From Elusimicrobiota bacterium (GTDB lineage Bacteria > Elusimicrobiota > Elusimicrobia > F11): 64,000 nucleotides of DNA. The stretch lies in contig JBGAON010000003.1 in the NCBI GenBank assembly GCA_044221725.1, forward strand, positions 320,001 to 384,000, given 5' to 3'. The notes under the pieces were generated by a model that saw only the letters and a list, made by a program, of their open reading frames with translations, was not told the origin of the DNA and made no database searches. Of the stretch, positions 41,143 through 50,486 are shown one piece after another (the stretch's first letter is position 1; every line of letters begins with the position of its first letter). A program made the translations under genes and the position numbers.

Positions 41143-41916
41143 ATGAAATTTGAAAACAAAGTGGTCGTGATCACCGGCGCTTCGAGCGGCATTGGCGAGG
41201 AACTCGCTTTTCAGCTCGCAAAAAAGAAGGCGAAGGTTGTTTTAGCGGCGCGTCGCGGCGAATTAATTGAGCAGCACGTGGCGAAAATTCGCGCGGAGGG
41301 TGGCACAGCCATTGCGGTTCCCACCGACGTGTCCCGCCGGTTTCAAGTCGAAATGCTGATGCAGCGCGCTGTGGCGGAATTTGGATCGCTCGACGTGTTG
41401 ATTAACAATGCCGGCGTGTCCCCAGCGAAAGGCACAATTCTTGAAAACAGTGAAGAAGACGTGCGACGCGTCATGGAAACGAATTTCATGGGCAGTTTGT
41501 ACGGCGTTTGGGCAGCAGCGCCGCACATCGAGAAGGCCGGCGGCGGGCAAATCGTTTTCGTTTCATCTATTATTGGCAAGCGCGGAATTCCATTCAACGC
41601 GGCCTATTGTTCATCAAAATTTGCGATTCAAGGTTTAACCGAATCAATTCGGCAGGAGCTGGCACGAAAGAAAATCCGGGTGATCAACATTTGTCCGGCA
41701 GGTGTGGATACCGATTTCTATAAAAACAACGACAAAGGCACGCGGCGCCAATATATTCTTCACAGCGTTGAAAAAATTTCGCGCCGTATCATCCGCGCCT
41801 GTGAAAAAGAAAAGCGCGAAGCGTTGCTGACCTGGGACGCGGTGTTGCTCAAGTGGTTGCACTTTTTTATTCCCGGCATCATGGACCGGGCGATTGCGAA
41901 GGCGAAGGGAGTTTGA
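41143..41916 (+). CDS. SDR family oxidoreductase
   Basis: TGASSGIG, NNAG, YCSSK. Confidence 0.93.
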   Translation: MKFENKVVVITGASSGIGEELAFQLAKKKAKVVLAARRGELIEQHVAKIRAEGGTAIAVPTDVSRRFQVEMLMQRAVAEFGSLDVLINNAGVSPAKGTILENSEEDVRRVMETNFMGSLYGVWAAAPHIEKAGGGQIVFVSSIIGKRGIPFNAAYCSSKFAIQGLTESIRQELARKKIRVINICPAGVDTDFYKNNDKGTRRQYILHSVEKISRRIIRACEKEKREALLTWDAVLLKWLHFFIPGIMDRAIAKAKGV

Positions 41917-41918
41917 GA

Positions 41919-42521
41919 ATGATCGAGTTCTTGAAGTCATTTTGGTCGAAGCTGAGCAGCAGCAGATCGCGCAATCCGAACGCGCCTTCGGTTTTACGCA
42001 AAGCCGGCGTTGCGAACGATGGTCCACCCGACACGTCGCTGCGCGATCCGGTCACCGGTTTGTACAACCGCAAACACTTGGTCCATCGGCTCGATGCCAA
42101 TATGGCGCGTTTGAGCCGCAGCAAAAAAGAAAAGATGGCCGTCATACTTTGGGACATCGACGGGTTCGTTGATTTCAATAACCGCTTCGGCCAAGAAGAA
42201 GGCGACAAATTTTTGAGAAAGGTAGCCGAAATTATTCATCGGTCCATTCGGTCGTACGATGAAGGGTTCCGCTCGGGCGGCGATGAGTTCTGTGCGTTGC
42301 TCATTCCATCGGACGAAAAAGTCGCGAAAGAAGTGACCGAGCGTGTGCGCCAAGCCGTTTCAAAAGATTTGTTTCAAGAAAACGCCGAGTACGCGGGGCG
42401 GCAATTCTCAATTTCATCGGGCCTGGTTTTCCACCCGGGCGCGTCGCAGGTGCCGGAGGCGTTGTTGCACGAGGCAAGGCAAGAATTATATAGGAACCGA
42501 ATGAAGCCGGTTCAGGGTTAA
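41919..42521 (+). CDS. GGDEF diguanylate cyclase
   Basis: DPVTGLYN, DIDGF, RSGGDEF. Confidence 0.88.
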   Translation: MIEFLKSFWSKLSSSRSRNPNAPSVLRKAGVANDGPPDTSLRDPVTGLYNRKHLVHRLDANMARLSRSKKEKMAVILWDIDGFVDFNNRFGQEEGDKFLRKVAEIIHRSIRSYDEGFRSGGDEFCALLIPSDEKVAKEVTERVRQAVSKDLFQENAEYAGRQFSISSGLVFHPGASQVPEALLHEARQELYRNRMKPVQG

Positions 42522-42538
42522 TAATAGGACGAACATAT

Positions 42539-43045
42539 ATGAAAGATTCTCATTACATTATTCTCTTCACAGCGGTTGGTCTCGCGTTGGCCTTTGTGGT
42601 ATCCAAGCCGCTTCGCCAGCCCGCCAACACGATGCCGCGCGTGGGTACGCCGATGTCCTCCATGGAAGAAAAGCCCGCTGTTGCTGAGAAAGAGGCGCGC
42701 GTCTATGCCGAAGGAACGATTGCTTTGGGAGGCGGCATCAGTGAGCAAAAAGCCGCGAACGAAGTGTTGTTTATTTTTGTTCGTCCGGCCGTGGATGGGA
42801 AGGTGACTGCGGGCGGGCCGCCGATTGCTGTGAAACGAATTCCGTCTCCGATTTTCCCATTGAACTTTTCGCTCACGAACGCGAACAACATGATCGGCAC
42901 CGATTTCTACGACGGTGATATTGCTGTGGTCGTGCGTCTGGATGCCGACGGAATGGCGGGCCCCAAGCGTGCCGATGATACCGAGGTATCGTCTCTCGTC
43001 AGCGCGAAAGGTCCGCGCGATATTCAAATAACGCTGTCCCGCTAA
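42539..43045 (+). CDS. Membrane-anchored protein resembling the CcmI/CycH C-terminal domain
   Basis: VLFIFVR..GGPPIAVKRI..FPLNFSL..VVVRLDADG. Confidence 0.6.
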   Translation: MKDSHYIILFTAVGLALAFVVSKPLRQPANTMPRVGTPMSSMEEKPAVAEKEARVYAEGTIALGGGISEQKAANEVLFIFVRPAVDGKVTAGGPPIAVKRIPSPIFPLNFSLTNANNMIGTDFYDGDIAVVVRLDADGMAGPKRADDTEVSSLVSAKGPRDIQITLSR

Positions 43046-43098
43046 GCGCTCTCTCCTGTAGTTTCTCCTATGAAAATTGCACGCCGTTGCTGTCCAGC

Positions 43099-43127
43099 TT
43101 GACAACCCTACAAATGTAGGGTATATA
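43099..43127 (+). promoter_or_regulatory. lexA promoter with palindromic operator ACCCTACA-AA-TGTAGGGT
   Basis: TTGACA 43099-43104 directly followed by a perfect 8-2-8 palindrome at 43105-43122. Confidence 0.75.
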
Positions 43128-43134
43128 GCTTTCC

Positions 43135-43719
43135 ATGGAACCGATTCTTACACACAAACAAAAAGCTGTGTATCGCTTCATTCAGGAATACATAGAAGAA
43201 AATCACCGACCGCCATCGTTGCGGGAAATTGGCACGCACTTGGACTTGTCGGTGGGAACCGTGCAAGACCAGGTGGAAGCGATTCGTCGCAAAGGGTTTT
43301 TGGAAAAGGATCAAACGAAGGCGCGCGGTTTGCGGTTGCCAATGTCGGCGCACCAAGTACCGGTGTTGGGGCGCGTTCACGCCGGTCCTTTGCACGCGGC
43401 GATTGAAAACGTGGAAGGGTATTTGCCGGTCGGCTCCGGGTTCTCGCCCTCCAAACATTTTGCGCTCAAAGTGCGCGGCGACTCCATGATTGAGGCCGGA
43501 ATTTTGGAGGGGGACATGGTGATCGTGCGTGTGCAAGCGACGGCCGATGATGGCGACGTGGTGGTGGCGCGCATTGATGATGAAGCGACGGTTAAGAAAC
43601 TTCGCCGCCGCGGAACCAAAACCATTCTCGAGCCCGCCAACGCCGCTTATTCCACTATCGAAGGCCCGTTCGCGCTGTTGGGCGTCGTTGTGGAAGTGCG
43701 CCGGCAATTTAAGAAATGA
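43135..43719 (+). CDS. lexA: SOS repressor LexA
   Basis: PPSLREIG HTH, VHAG cleavage site, GDSM Ser, TVKK Lys. Confidence 0.95.
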   Translation: MEPILTHKQKAVYRFIQEYIEENHRPPSLREIGTHLDLSVGTVQDQVEAIRRKGFLEKDQTKARGLRLPMSAHQVPVLGRVHAGPLHAAIENVEGYLPVGSGFSPSKHFALKVRGDSMIEAGILEGDMVIVRVQATADDGDVVVARIDDEATVKKLRRRGTKTILEPANAAYSTIEGPFALLGVVVEVRRQFKK

Positions 43720-43728
43720 CGGCTAAGC

Positions 43729-43810
43729 CGTCATCCTGGCACGTCGTTAGCCAGGATCCAAGTTAACAAAAGTAAAAATGGACCCTGGATAAAAACATTC
43801 CAGGGTGACG
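43729..43810. repeat. REP-like family A doublet
   Basis: CGTCATCCTGG..CCAGGATCCAAGTTAA..CCCTGGAT..ACATTCCAGGGTGACG, near-copy of 37123-37194. Confidence 0.8.
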
Positions 43811-43820
43811 AGGAGTCAAT

Positions 43821-44570
43821 ATGTGGAGCGCGTTACCATCGGTTGCATTAGAAAATTTAATTGTGCCAGGGCCCGTCGAGCGCGGATTTTATGTGGCCCC
43901 AGGCGGTGGGGAATTGGTGCCAGCGGTTACAAAAAAGCTTGTTGACTTGTTGGATGTCGAAAGCGCTTCGGTAACGGAGCCGGCGGTGCCGCTCTACAAG
44001 CTGCGTTATTCGCAAACACGCTATTGGCGACGCAATTCGCGTATCGGTCAATTGCTGTGGATTGATTCTGGAAATATTTTTGATGGCTACGGGCTTTCCA
44101 TGGAAGCGCGGAAAAGGCGGCTTGATCCCAATCGAATTCTGCGCGCGGTAAAAGTGACGCGTCCGTTCAGTCTTTTGCAATTTCAACAAATGTTGGAAAG
44201 GGTTCCCAATCCAGCCTTATGGGCACCCAATAATAGTGGCTTTCCACCACTGCCTGAGAGGGTTCGAGGCGAGGGACTCAAAAACTCTCAGGCAGTGTGG
44301 TGGACGCCGCTCGTGATCATATCCGATTTGATGGGAATGTTTTACGACCCCAACGTGTCCGAGGAATCCGTCATTCGTGCGTTTCGCAGTTTTATGATTC
44401 GGCTGTCGTTTCTGCGCCAACGCGCCATCGTTTTGGCGTTCCTGCGAAACGAACCGGCGCCGTTAACGCGTCAACACTTGTTGCCCGATGTGCTCAAACT
44501 GGCGCGACGTGTGTATTCGCAGCCGGATGCACAGGTTCCGCCGGCGCCTTTGCTGGCAAGGGTTGGATAA
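43821..44570 (+). CDS. Inactive RecA/Rad51-like (ImuA/ImuY-like) protein
   Basis: WIDSGNIFDGY..LDPNRILRAVKVTRPFSLLQ resembles the RadA/RadB core; no intact Walker A; follows lexA. Confidence 0.6.
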   Translation: MWSALPSVALENLIVPGPVERGFYVAPGGGELVPAVTKKLVDLLDVESASVTEPAVPLYKLRYSQTRYWRRNSRIGQLLWIDSGNIFDGYGLSMEARKRRLDPNRILRAVKVTRPFSLLQFQQMLERVPNPALWAPNNSGFPPLPERVRGEGLKNSQAVWWTPLVIISDLMGMFYDPNVSEESVIRAFRSFMIRLSFLRQRAIVLAFLRNEPAPLTRQHLLPDVLKLARRVYSQPDAQVPPAPLLARVG

Positions 44571-44577
44571 TTAATAG

Positions 44578-45357
44578 CTAGATGTTCGGAAGAAAATTCT
44601 GAAGACCAATTACCTTGTCCGTGCTTTCGCCGGGTTTTTTCCAATAAAGCTGAACCATCGCAAGTCCAACGCCCTGGAAATATTCAATTTTGATTTTGTG
44701 CGGGCCTTTGCTCAAAGGAATTACATACGAATCGCGGGTCGGGTTCCGCGTCGCCCAATCTTCGATAATTTTCACGTCATCGATATACACGCGGCAGCCG
44801 TCGTCGCTAAGGATTGAAATTTCGTAGTCCCCATTCACAGGGACGTCCAGGTATCCGGTCCATCGCACCGAAAAGTCCGCTGCTCGGCGAAATGTAAAGG
44901 GGCCGCCGGAATTGTCATGCCAACGGAAATCAATCTTGAGATCCTTCCGAGTAAAAACAAGGTTGTCGAAATCGCGACCTGAGTAATACTCCCCAATCAA
45001 ACCGTGTTTGGACAAATAAAACTGATCGAGCGCCATCCAACCAATTACCGAGAAAACCAAAATTAGAAAAAGGGCGCGGACAGATCTGCGCCGGGCCGTT
45101 CGCTTCAATGCTTCAGGATCGGTGACAAATCTAATGACTTTGAAGATGAGGCCCATCACCAAATTCAGCAACGGATCGGGCGCGGTCGTGGAGTCAGAGT
45201 ATTTTTCGCTGATTCTTTGTGCACGTTGGTCTTCTTTGGTCAAAGCATCAATTTCTGCTTTGATGAGTTTTAATGTTGCGTTCGCCATTTCCGGATCGCT
45301 CCCGCGCAGCGATTCGTAAACAGAAATACGTTTTTTTATCCGATCAATTTCGTCCAT
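44578..45357 (-). CDS. Membrane protein with PA14 domain
   Basis: GLIGEYY, FSVRWTGYL, SDDG, GPHKIKIEYFQ. Confidence 0.85.
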   Translation of the reverse strand: MDEIDRIKKRISVYESLRGSDPEMANATLKLIKAEIDALTKEDQRAQRISEKYSDSTTAPDPLLNLVMGLIFKVIRFVTDPEALKRTARRRSVRALFLILVFSVIGWMALDQFYLSKHGLIGEYYSGRDFDNLVFTRKDLKIDFRWHDNSGGPFTFRRAADFSVRWTGYLDVPVNGDYEISILSDDGCRVYIDDVKIIEDWATRNPTRDSYVIPLSKGPHKIKIEYFQGVGLAMVQLYWKKPGESTDKVIGLQNFLPNI

Positions 45358-45358
45358 A

Positions 45359-46525
45359 TTATGCCCCTAGCAAAGTAGCCGTCGTCCGACTGGTTTGGGA
45401 GAAGGTGGCCCGCGCAGCGAGAATTGCAAAAAACGGATACCACCAAACAAAATAGTTCGCCGCGACAGCTGTGGTTAATAAAAGATAATTCAAAAAAGCG
45501 ACCGTCGCGGCGCACAGCACGACTTGATTTTGCGGATTTCTATATCTCTGAACGCATGACCACACGAGCAGCGCAGAAAATGAAATTTTCAAAAGCATCG
45601 GAACCATTGGCGATAAATGCGAGTACCAACTGTGGATTGAACCGTACGAGCGCAGAATCAGAAACAGAAAAATATTTTCCGTAAAAGCGGAGGGCTGACT
45701 GAGAAAGAAAGGAAGGGCTGGGCTTATCCCGAGCAGGAAACCGAGAAACAAATTCCTCTTTGGATAATTCGATCCCCAAATTACCAGGAGCAGCGCCCCC
45801 GGAATCAACTTCGAGCATGTTGAAAGGCCCAGCAAAATACCTGAGAGGAATAACCGCGAGTCAAGCATCAAGAACGAAGCGAGTGCAAAAGCAATAGGTA
45901 TAACGTCGTTGGAGCCCTGACGATAAATTTTGTGGCCGACGAAATTTAACCAAAGATAGAGTACCGATGAGAAAATCGCAACCGTTCGACTGGCTAGCGT
46001 TGGACGCTGACTTAAAAGCAAGAAGGCAATCGCCATATCGAAAAAGAAATTTGTAACGAGAATTCCTTGAAGTCCGTAAATCGACGACAGCGGCGTGTAA
46101 ACCAGCAGCGTGATCGGCAGATATTTATATCCTTGGAACATGTGCGGCGGCCTGGCAAAATCCGCGTGATAGTCAATGACGGCGCTGTAGGGATTTTGGC
46201 CGTGAAGCAACGTGGTAATGGCTCGCATCGACGTAAACGAAATGTCGGTCAAATTGGGACTGTTTAGGCATTGGACAAAGAAAATGAACCGACGAGAAAG
46301 CAGGTACGTCCAAAATATCAGCAAGACCAAATCAATTTTTGGTGAAACGTTTTCGAGCGGTTGGAACGCCACCGAAGAGACAAAATAATTAATAACGAGG
46401 ACAAGGAAAATTAACTTCGCGAGTTCAAATCCATTGAAATCGTACTGGAAAAACTTTCTTGAGAAAAAATCGAGTGTCCATAGCGCGATGGCAAATTTCA
46501 CCGCTATGAACGAATGCTTATTCAT
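45359..46525 (-). CDS. GT-C (GT87/DUF2029-like) polytopic glycosyltransferase
   Basis: GQNPY, YKYLP, GSND, multiple TM helices, NYFVWW. Confidence 0.65.
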   Translation of the reverse strand: MNKHSFIAVKFAIALWTLDFFSRKFFQYDFNGFELAKLIFLVLVINYFVSSVAFQPLENVSPKIDLVLLIFWTYLLSRRFIFFVQCLNSPNLTDISFTSMRAITTLLHGQNPYSAVIDYHADFARPPHMFQGYKYLPITLLVYTPLSSIYGLQGILVTNFFFDMAIAFLLLSQRPTLASRTVAIFSSVLYLWLNFVGHKIYRQGSNDVIPIAFALASFLMLDSRLFLSGILLGLSTCSKLIPGALLLVIWGSNYPKRNLFLGFLLGISPALPFFLSQPSAFTENIFLFLILRSYGSIHSWYSHLSPMVPMLLKISFSALLVWSCVQRYRNPQNQVVLCAATVAFLNYLLLTTAVAANYFVWWYPFFAILAARATFSQTSRTTATLLGA

Positions 46526-46585
46526 AGGATAAATATACTTGCTCTCAATTTATGAAGCAATTACTGTTTTAATAATCTCCACGTG

Positions 46586-48277
46586 ATGAACCTCGAAAAA
46601 CAAACATATCGCCTTCGGCCGAAGACTGTTTTTTGGGTCTTTGCCTCTCTATGGATTCTCTATTTCATCGTCATCTGGTGGCGTGCGGTGCACTTCGATT
46701 CCGTCGGAAATATGATTACCGGACACGTTGGAATATGGGGGGATGGGGCGCTGCATTTCACCATGGGCTCCGCGCTGGCGTTCCGCGATTTGTTTCTCAC
46801 GCAGAGTCCGCTGTTGGTAAACGCACCGTTCCGATATCCGTTAGCGGTTAACTTTATCTCCGCGGTTCTCATTCGCTTTGGAGTTCCGTTTTTTTCGGCC
46901 TTTACGGTCCCCAGTTTCTTTTATTGTGTTTTTTTTATCGTGGCTCTCTTCATATTTTATCGGGAGTATTTTAATTCGGAAGTCGTCGCATTCGTAAGTG
47001 GATTTGTCTATCTTTTGAACGGCGGCTTTGGATTTTTTTATTTTTTCGGTGACGTCGCGAATTCTCTGGCGCCGTGGCACACTCTATTTTATCCGCCGAC
47101 GCAGTACACTTATAACACCGCCAGCGATCTTCAGTGGCATTCGATCATCGATAGCATGATAATTCGCCAACGGTCGTTTCAATTGGGATTCCCAATCGCG
47201 CTGGTCGTGCTTCTGTTGGTTATGAATTCGTTCAAGCGGAATAAGTCCGCTCCAGCACTTTCAACGATTTTTTTAGCCGCAATTCTGTGGGGACTTCTTT
47301 CCATTGTGCATACGCATTCTTTTCTTGCCGTTGGAATAATTTTGGGTTGCTGGGCGTTCGGAAGCCTGGCGCTTGATCGCGACGCAAATTGGACGCGTCG
47401 CCTCGCGATGTGGGCATTGCTGCCAAGCGTTGCGTTGATCGTGGCGGCGCCTTTTTTGTTGCGGTACTCGCTAATTTCGGGTGGCAGTGCGATGCTATGG
47501 AAACCGGGTTGGTACGCGAATACATTCCGAACATGGATCTCTTTTTGGCTGATGAATTGGGGGCTCACGCCGATTGTGGCCCTGATCGGTGTCGCACTTT
47601 GGATTCGCGAACAACCGTCAAAAAAAGAAAGACTCAGAATGCTGTTTTGGTTCCTTCCATTCGCTAGTTTGTTTGCAATTGTGAATCTTGTCCAGCTACA
47701 TCGATGGATTTGGGACAACACCAAATTGCTCGTGTGGGCTTCTGTCGGAATTTCGGGTCTGGCGGGATTTGTAATCGTTCGACTGTACGAACGGCGTCAC
47801 CGAACCGTAAGCATTCTGCTCTTCATCGTTTTGATCCTTTCCGGTTTCCTTGATACTTATCGCACGTTGATTCCGTCACTGAATTCCAATCAAATGTATT
47901 CAGCCGAAGAGTTGGCGCTTGGACGGTGGGCGCGCGAGAATACACCGGTTAATTCCATTTGGTTGTCGGCACCGTATCACTACAACTGGGCATTTAATCT
48001 CACCGGAAGGCAGCCCGTGATGACTTACGACGGATGGTTATGGTCGCACGGTTACAACTATCTGCAAATTCAAAATGACGTAAAGGAATTGTTTGCTCAC
48101 CCGGAAAAATCTGATTTATTCAAAGAGTATGGCATCTCCTACATTGTGATGGGGCCGCGCGAAAAACAGATGATGGGAGCAAACAACGATGCGTTCGCTA
48201 AAATTTTTACGATCGCGATAAAGAGCGAGAACTACACTGTTTACTTTCTACCGTTGCCCGCCCCAGTTCCAAAATAA
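46586..48277 (+). CDS. Polytopic membrane protein, probable GT-C glycosyltransferase
   Basis: WGDGALH loop, many TMs, C-terminal WARENTP..TGRQPV..YGISYIVMGPRE domain. Confidence 0.6.
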   Translation: MNLEKQTYRLRPKTVFWVFASLWILYFIVIWWRAVHFDSVGNMITGHVGIWGDGALHFTMGSALAFRDLFLTQSPLLVNAPFRYPLAVNFISAVLIRFGVPFFSAFTVPSFFYCVFFIVALFIFYREYFNSEVVAFVSGFVYLLNGGFGFFYFFGDVANSLAPWHTLFYPPTQYTYNTASDLQWHSIIDSMIIRQRSFQLGFPIALVVLLLVMNSFKRNKSAPALSTIFLAAILWGLLSIVHTHSFLAVGIILGCWAFGSLALDRDANWTRRLAMWALLPSVALIVAAPFLLRYSLISGGSAMLWKPGWYANTFRTWISFWLMNWGLTPIVALIGVALWIREQPSKKERLRMLFWFLPFASLFAIVNLVQLHRWIWDNTKLLVWASVGISGLAGFVIVRLYERRHRTVSILLFIVLILSGFLDTYRTLIPSLNSNQMYSAEELALGRWARENTPVNSIWLSAPYHYNWAFNLTGRQPVMTYDGWLWSHGYNYLQIQNDVKELFAHPEKSDLFKEYGISYIVMGPREKQMMGANNDAFAKIFTIAIKSENYTVYFLPLPAPVPK

Positions 48278-48731
48278 ACGAAAACTCTTCCGGCGTTACC
48301 GGTTGCACCGATAGCCGACTGCCGCGGCGAACGACGACCATGTCTTTGAGCGGCGGTGACGAGCGTAATGTTTCAAGCGGCACGTAAGTCGGAAATTTTT
48401 CCACAAATTGCACGTCAACCATGAACCACAGCGGCTTCTCCGGCGTTGATCGCGGATCGTAGTAATCGCTCTTCGGGTCCCACGACGAGTTGTCCGGATA
48501 CGCTTCTTTGCACACGCGCGCAACGCCGGCCACGCCCGGTGGTTCGGTGCTCGAGTGATAAAACAAAATCAGGTCGCCCACTTTCATCGCCTTCATATTG
48601 TTGCGTGCTTGATAATTGCGCACGCCGTCCCACGGCGCAGGGCTTTTCTTTTGCAAATCATCAATCGAAAAAACATGGGGTTCTGTTTTCATGAGCCAAT
48701 ATCTTTGGCCCGATGGTGATGGGGAAGAAAT
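48207..48731 (-). CDS. EVE domain protein
   Basis: YWLMKTEP, WDGVRNYQARN, GDLILFYHS, RLSVQPV; start uncertain (possible ATT at 48731). Confidence 0.88.
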   Translation of the reverse strand: MSSPSPSGQRYWLMKTEPHVFSIDDLQKKSPAPWDGVRNYQARNNMKAMKVGDLILFYHSSTEPPGVAGVARVCKEAYPDNSSWDPKSDYYDPRSTPEKPLWFMVDVQFVEKFPTYVPLETLRSSPPLKDMVVVRRGSRLSVQPVTPEEFSFILELGRATVESKQCSSRSLSRS

Positions 48732-48748
48732 GTTAATCTCCTTTTGCC

Positions 48749-49789
48749 ATGTGGATTCAAGGAATCGGGACTGCGGTTCCGCCTCAGCCAACCTCGCAGC
48801 AAGACACGTTGCAGTTTGTGCTTTCGCGCTTCGACGTTCACGACCGAACAAAACAACTCTACAAAAAGACGCTATCGAACGCGTCGATCGAAAAGCGTCA
48901 CTTTTCTCTCTCCACTCTCGATCAAGTTCTTGATCAAAACCACGACCGAAAAAACGCACGCTTTGAGCGCTCCGCGGTTCAACTTTCCACTCGCGCGCTA
49001 AACGTTGCTCTTTCAAACGCAAACGTTTCGTCGTCCGATCTTGATTACGTGATTGTCACCACGTGTACCGGCTATTTGTGCCCGGGGCTGAGCGCCCACT
49101 TGGTCGAATCGTGCAACTTGCGTGGCGATGTTCGTACGGCCGATCTTGTTGGCATGGGGTGCGGCGCCGCGATGCCGGCGCTCGAGCAAGCGTGCAATTT
49201 CTTGCACGCCAATCCGGGTCGCACCGCCGCGGTGGTGTGCACCGAAATTTGTTCGGCGGCGATGGTGTCCAATGATGAGGTGGACATCGTGATATCGAAC
49301 ACAATTTTTTCGGATGGCTCCGCTGCGCTCATTTTGTCGAACAAGCCAAGTCATGTTCGAATTCACGAATTCCAAACGTTGATTGTTCCGGAGTGGCGTG
49401 AAACGTTACGATTTCGCACCGAGAACGGTCACCTAAAAAACGTTCTCGGAAAAAAAGTACCTGAGCAATCGGCCATCGCTATGCGGACGATTGCGGGACG
49501 TTTGCTGAGCGCCCGCAATCTCACGCCGTCGGATATCGAACACTGGGTCTTGCACGCCGGCGGTGAAAAAATTTTGGACCGACTTCAAAAAGAATTTTCG
49601 TTGAGCGAAAAGGCGTTGCGTTCGTCGCGAACGGTTCTGCGTAATTACGGAAACATGTCGTCGCCCACCGTGTTGTTCTGCCTTGACGAGGAAATTCGCA
49701 CGCGCGCCGCGCGTGACGGAAAATGGGGAATCCTTGGTTCGTTTGGCGCTGGTTTCTCGGCGTTCGGCGCAATTCTCGAATGGATGTGA
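48749..49789 (+). CDS. Type III polyketide synthase
   Basis: Cys-His-Asn triad GMGC, LHAGG, YGNMSS; FGAGF. Confidence 0.93.
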   Translation: MWIQGIGTAVPPQPTSQQDTLQFVLSRFDVHDRTKQLYKKTLSNASIEKRHFSLSTLDQVLDQNHDRKNARFERSAVQLSTRALNVALSNANVSSSDLDYVIVTTCTGYLCPGLSAHLVESCNLRGDVRTADLVGMGCGAAMPALEQACNFLHANPGRTAAVVCTEICSAAMVSNDEVDIVISNTIFSDGSAALILSNKPSHVRIHEFQTLIVPEWRETLRFRTENGHLKNVLGKKVPEQSAIAMRTIAGRLLSARNLTPSDIEHWVLHAGGEKILDRLQKEFSLSEKALRSSRTVLRNYGNMSSPTVLFCLDEEIRTRAARDGKWGILGSFGAGFSAFGAILEWM

Positions 49790-49790
49790 G

Positions 49791-50486
49791 ATGAATTTTA
49801 CCGAGCGCATTGATAGGCCCGAGTTGATGGACAGCGAAGTTTTTCCGGTTGATGAGATGCGCAGCGCACTGCGGTTTTTGGGAATAACGAACCGGTTCTT
49901 TGATGGAAGTGCGGTCATCGTTCGCCATTTCGAAAGTTGGTCCCGCGCGTGGAATCCGCAACAACCGATCCGTGTGCTCGACGTCGGCACGGGCGGCGCG
50001 GAAATTCCAATAGCGGTTGTGCGCTGGGCGCGTGAACGAAATCTTCGTATGCATGTGACCGCCATTGATTTGGTCAGCGAGGTGGCAAGCATTGCTCGCG
50101 AAAATACGCGCGACTATCCCGAAATTACCGTGCTTCAGAAAAATGTTTTTGATCTCGAGGAAACGACGTTCGATTACGTGACCGCGTCGTTATTGTTTCA
50201 TCATGTGCGTCCGTCCGAATCCGTGCGTTTGCTGCAATTGTTTGATCGTCTTGCTACGCGGGGAATTGTTATTTCCGATTTGTTGCGATCCCGTTCGAGC
50301 TATGTTGCGGTTAGTGCGCTCAGCTATTTGATCGGTAACCGAATTGTCCGACACGATGGTCCACTCTCGGTGCGACGCGCGTTTCATTCACAGGAACTGC
50401 AATTGCTCGCACAGCAAGCAGGCCTCAACTATCTCCGCGCACAAAATGAGCCGTGGTTTCGCTTGAGTCTTGCCGGACAAAAATGA
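49791..50486 (+). CDS. SAM-dependent methyltransferase associated with the type III PKS
   Basis: ELMD, VLDVGTGGAE, SLLFHH, ISDLLR, HDGPLSVRRAF. Confidence 0.88.
   Translation: MNFTERIDRPELMDSEVFPVDEMRSALRFLGITNRFFDGSAVIVRHFESWSRAWNPQQPIRVLDVGTGGAEIPIAVVRWARERNLRMHVTAIDLVSEVASIARENTRDYPEITVLQKNVFDLEETTFDYVTASLLFHHVRPSESVRLLQLFDRLATRGIVISDLLRSRSSYVAVSALSYLIGNRIVRHDGPLSVRRAFHSQELQLLAQQAGLNYLRAQNEPWFRLSLAGQK

Noticed and set aside
48732..49022. Long N-terminal extension of the EVE ORF
   Set aside because: Antisense to the type III PKS and lacks domain-like sequence
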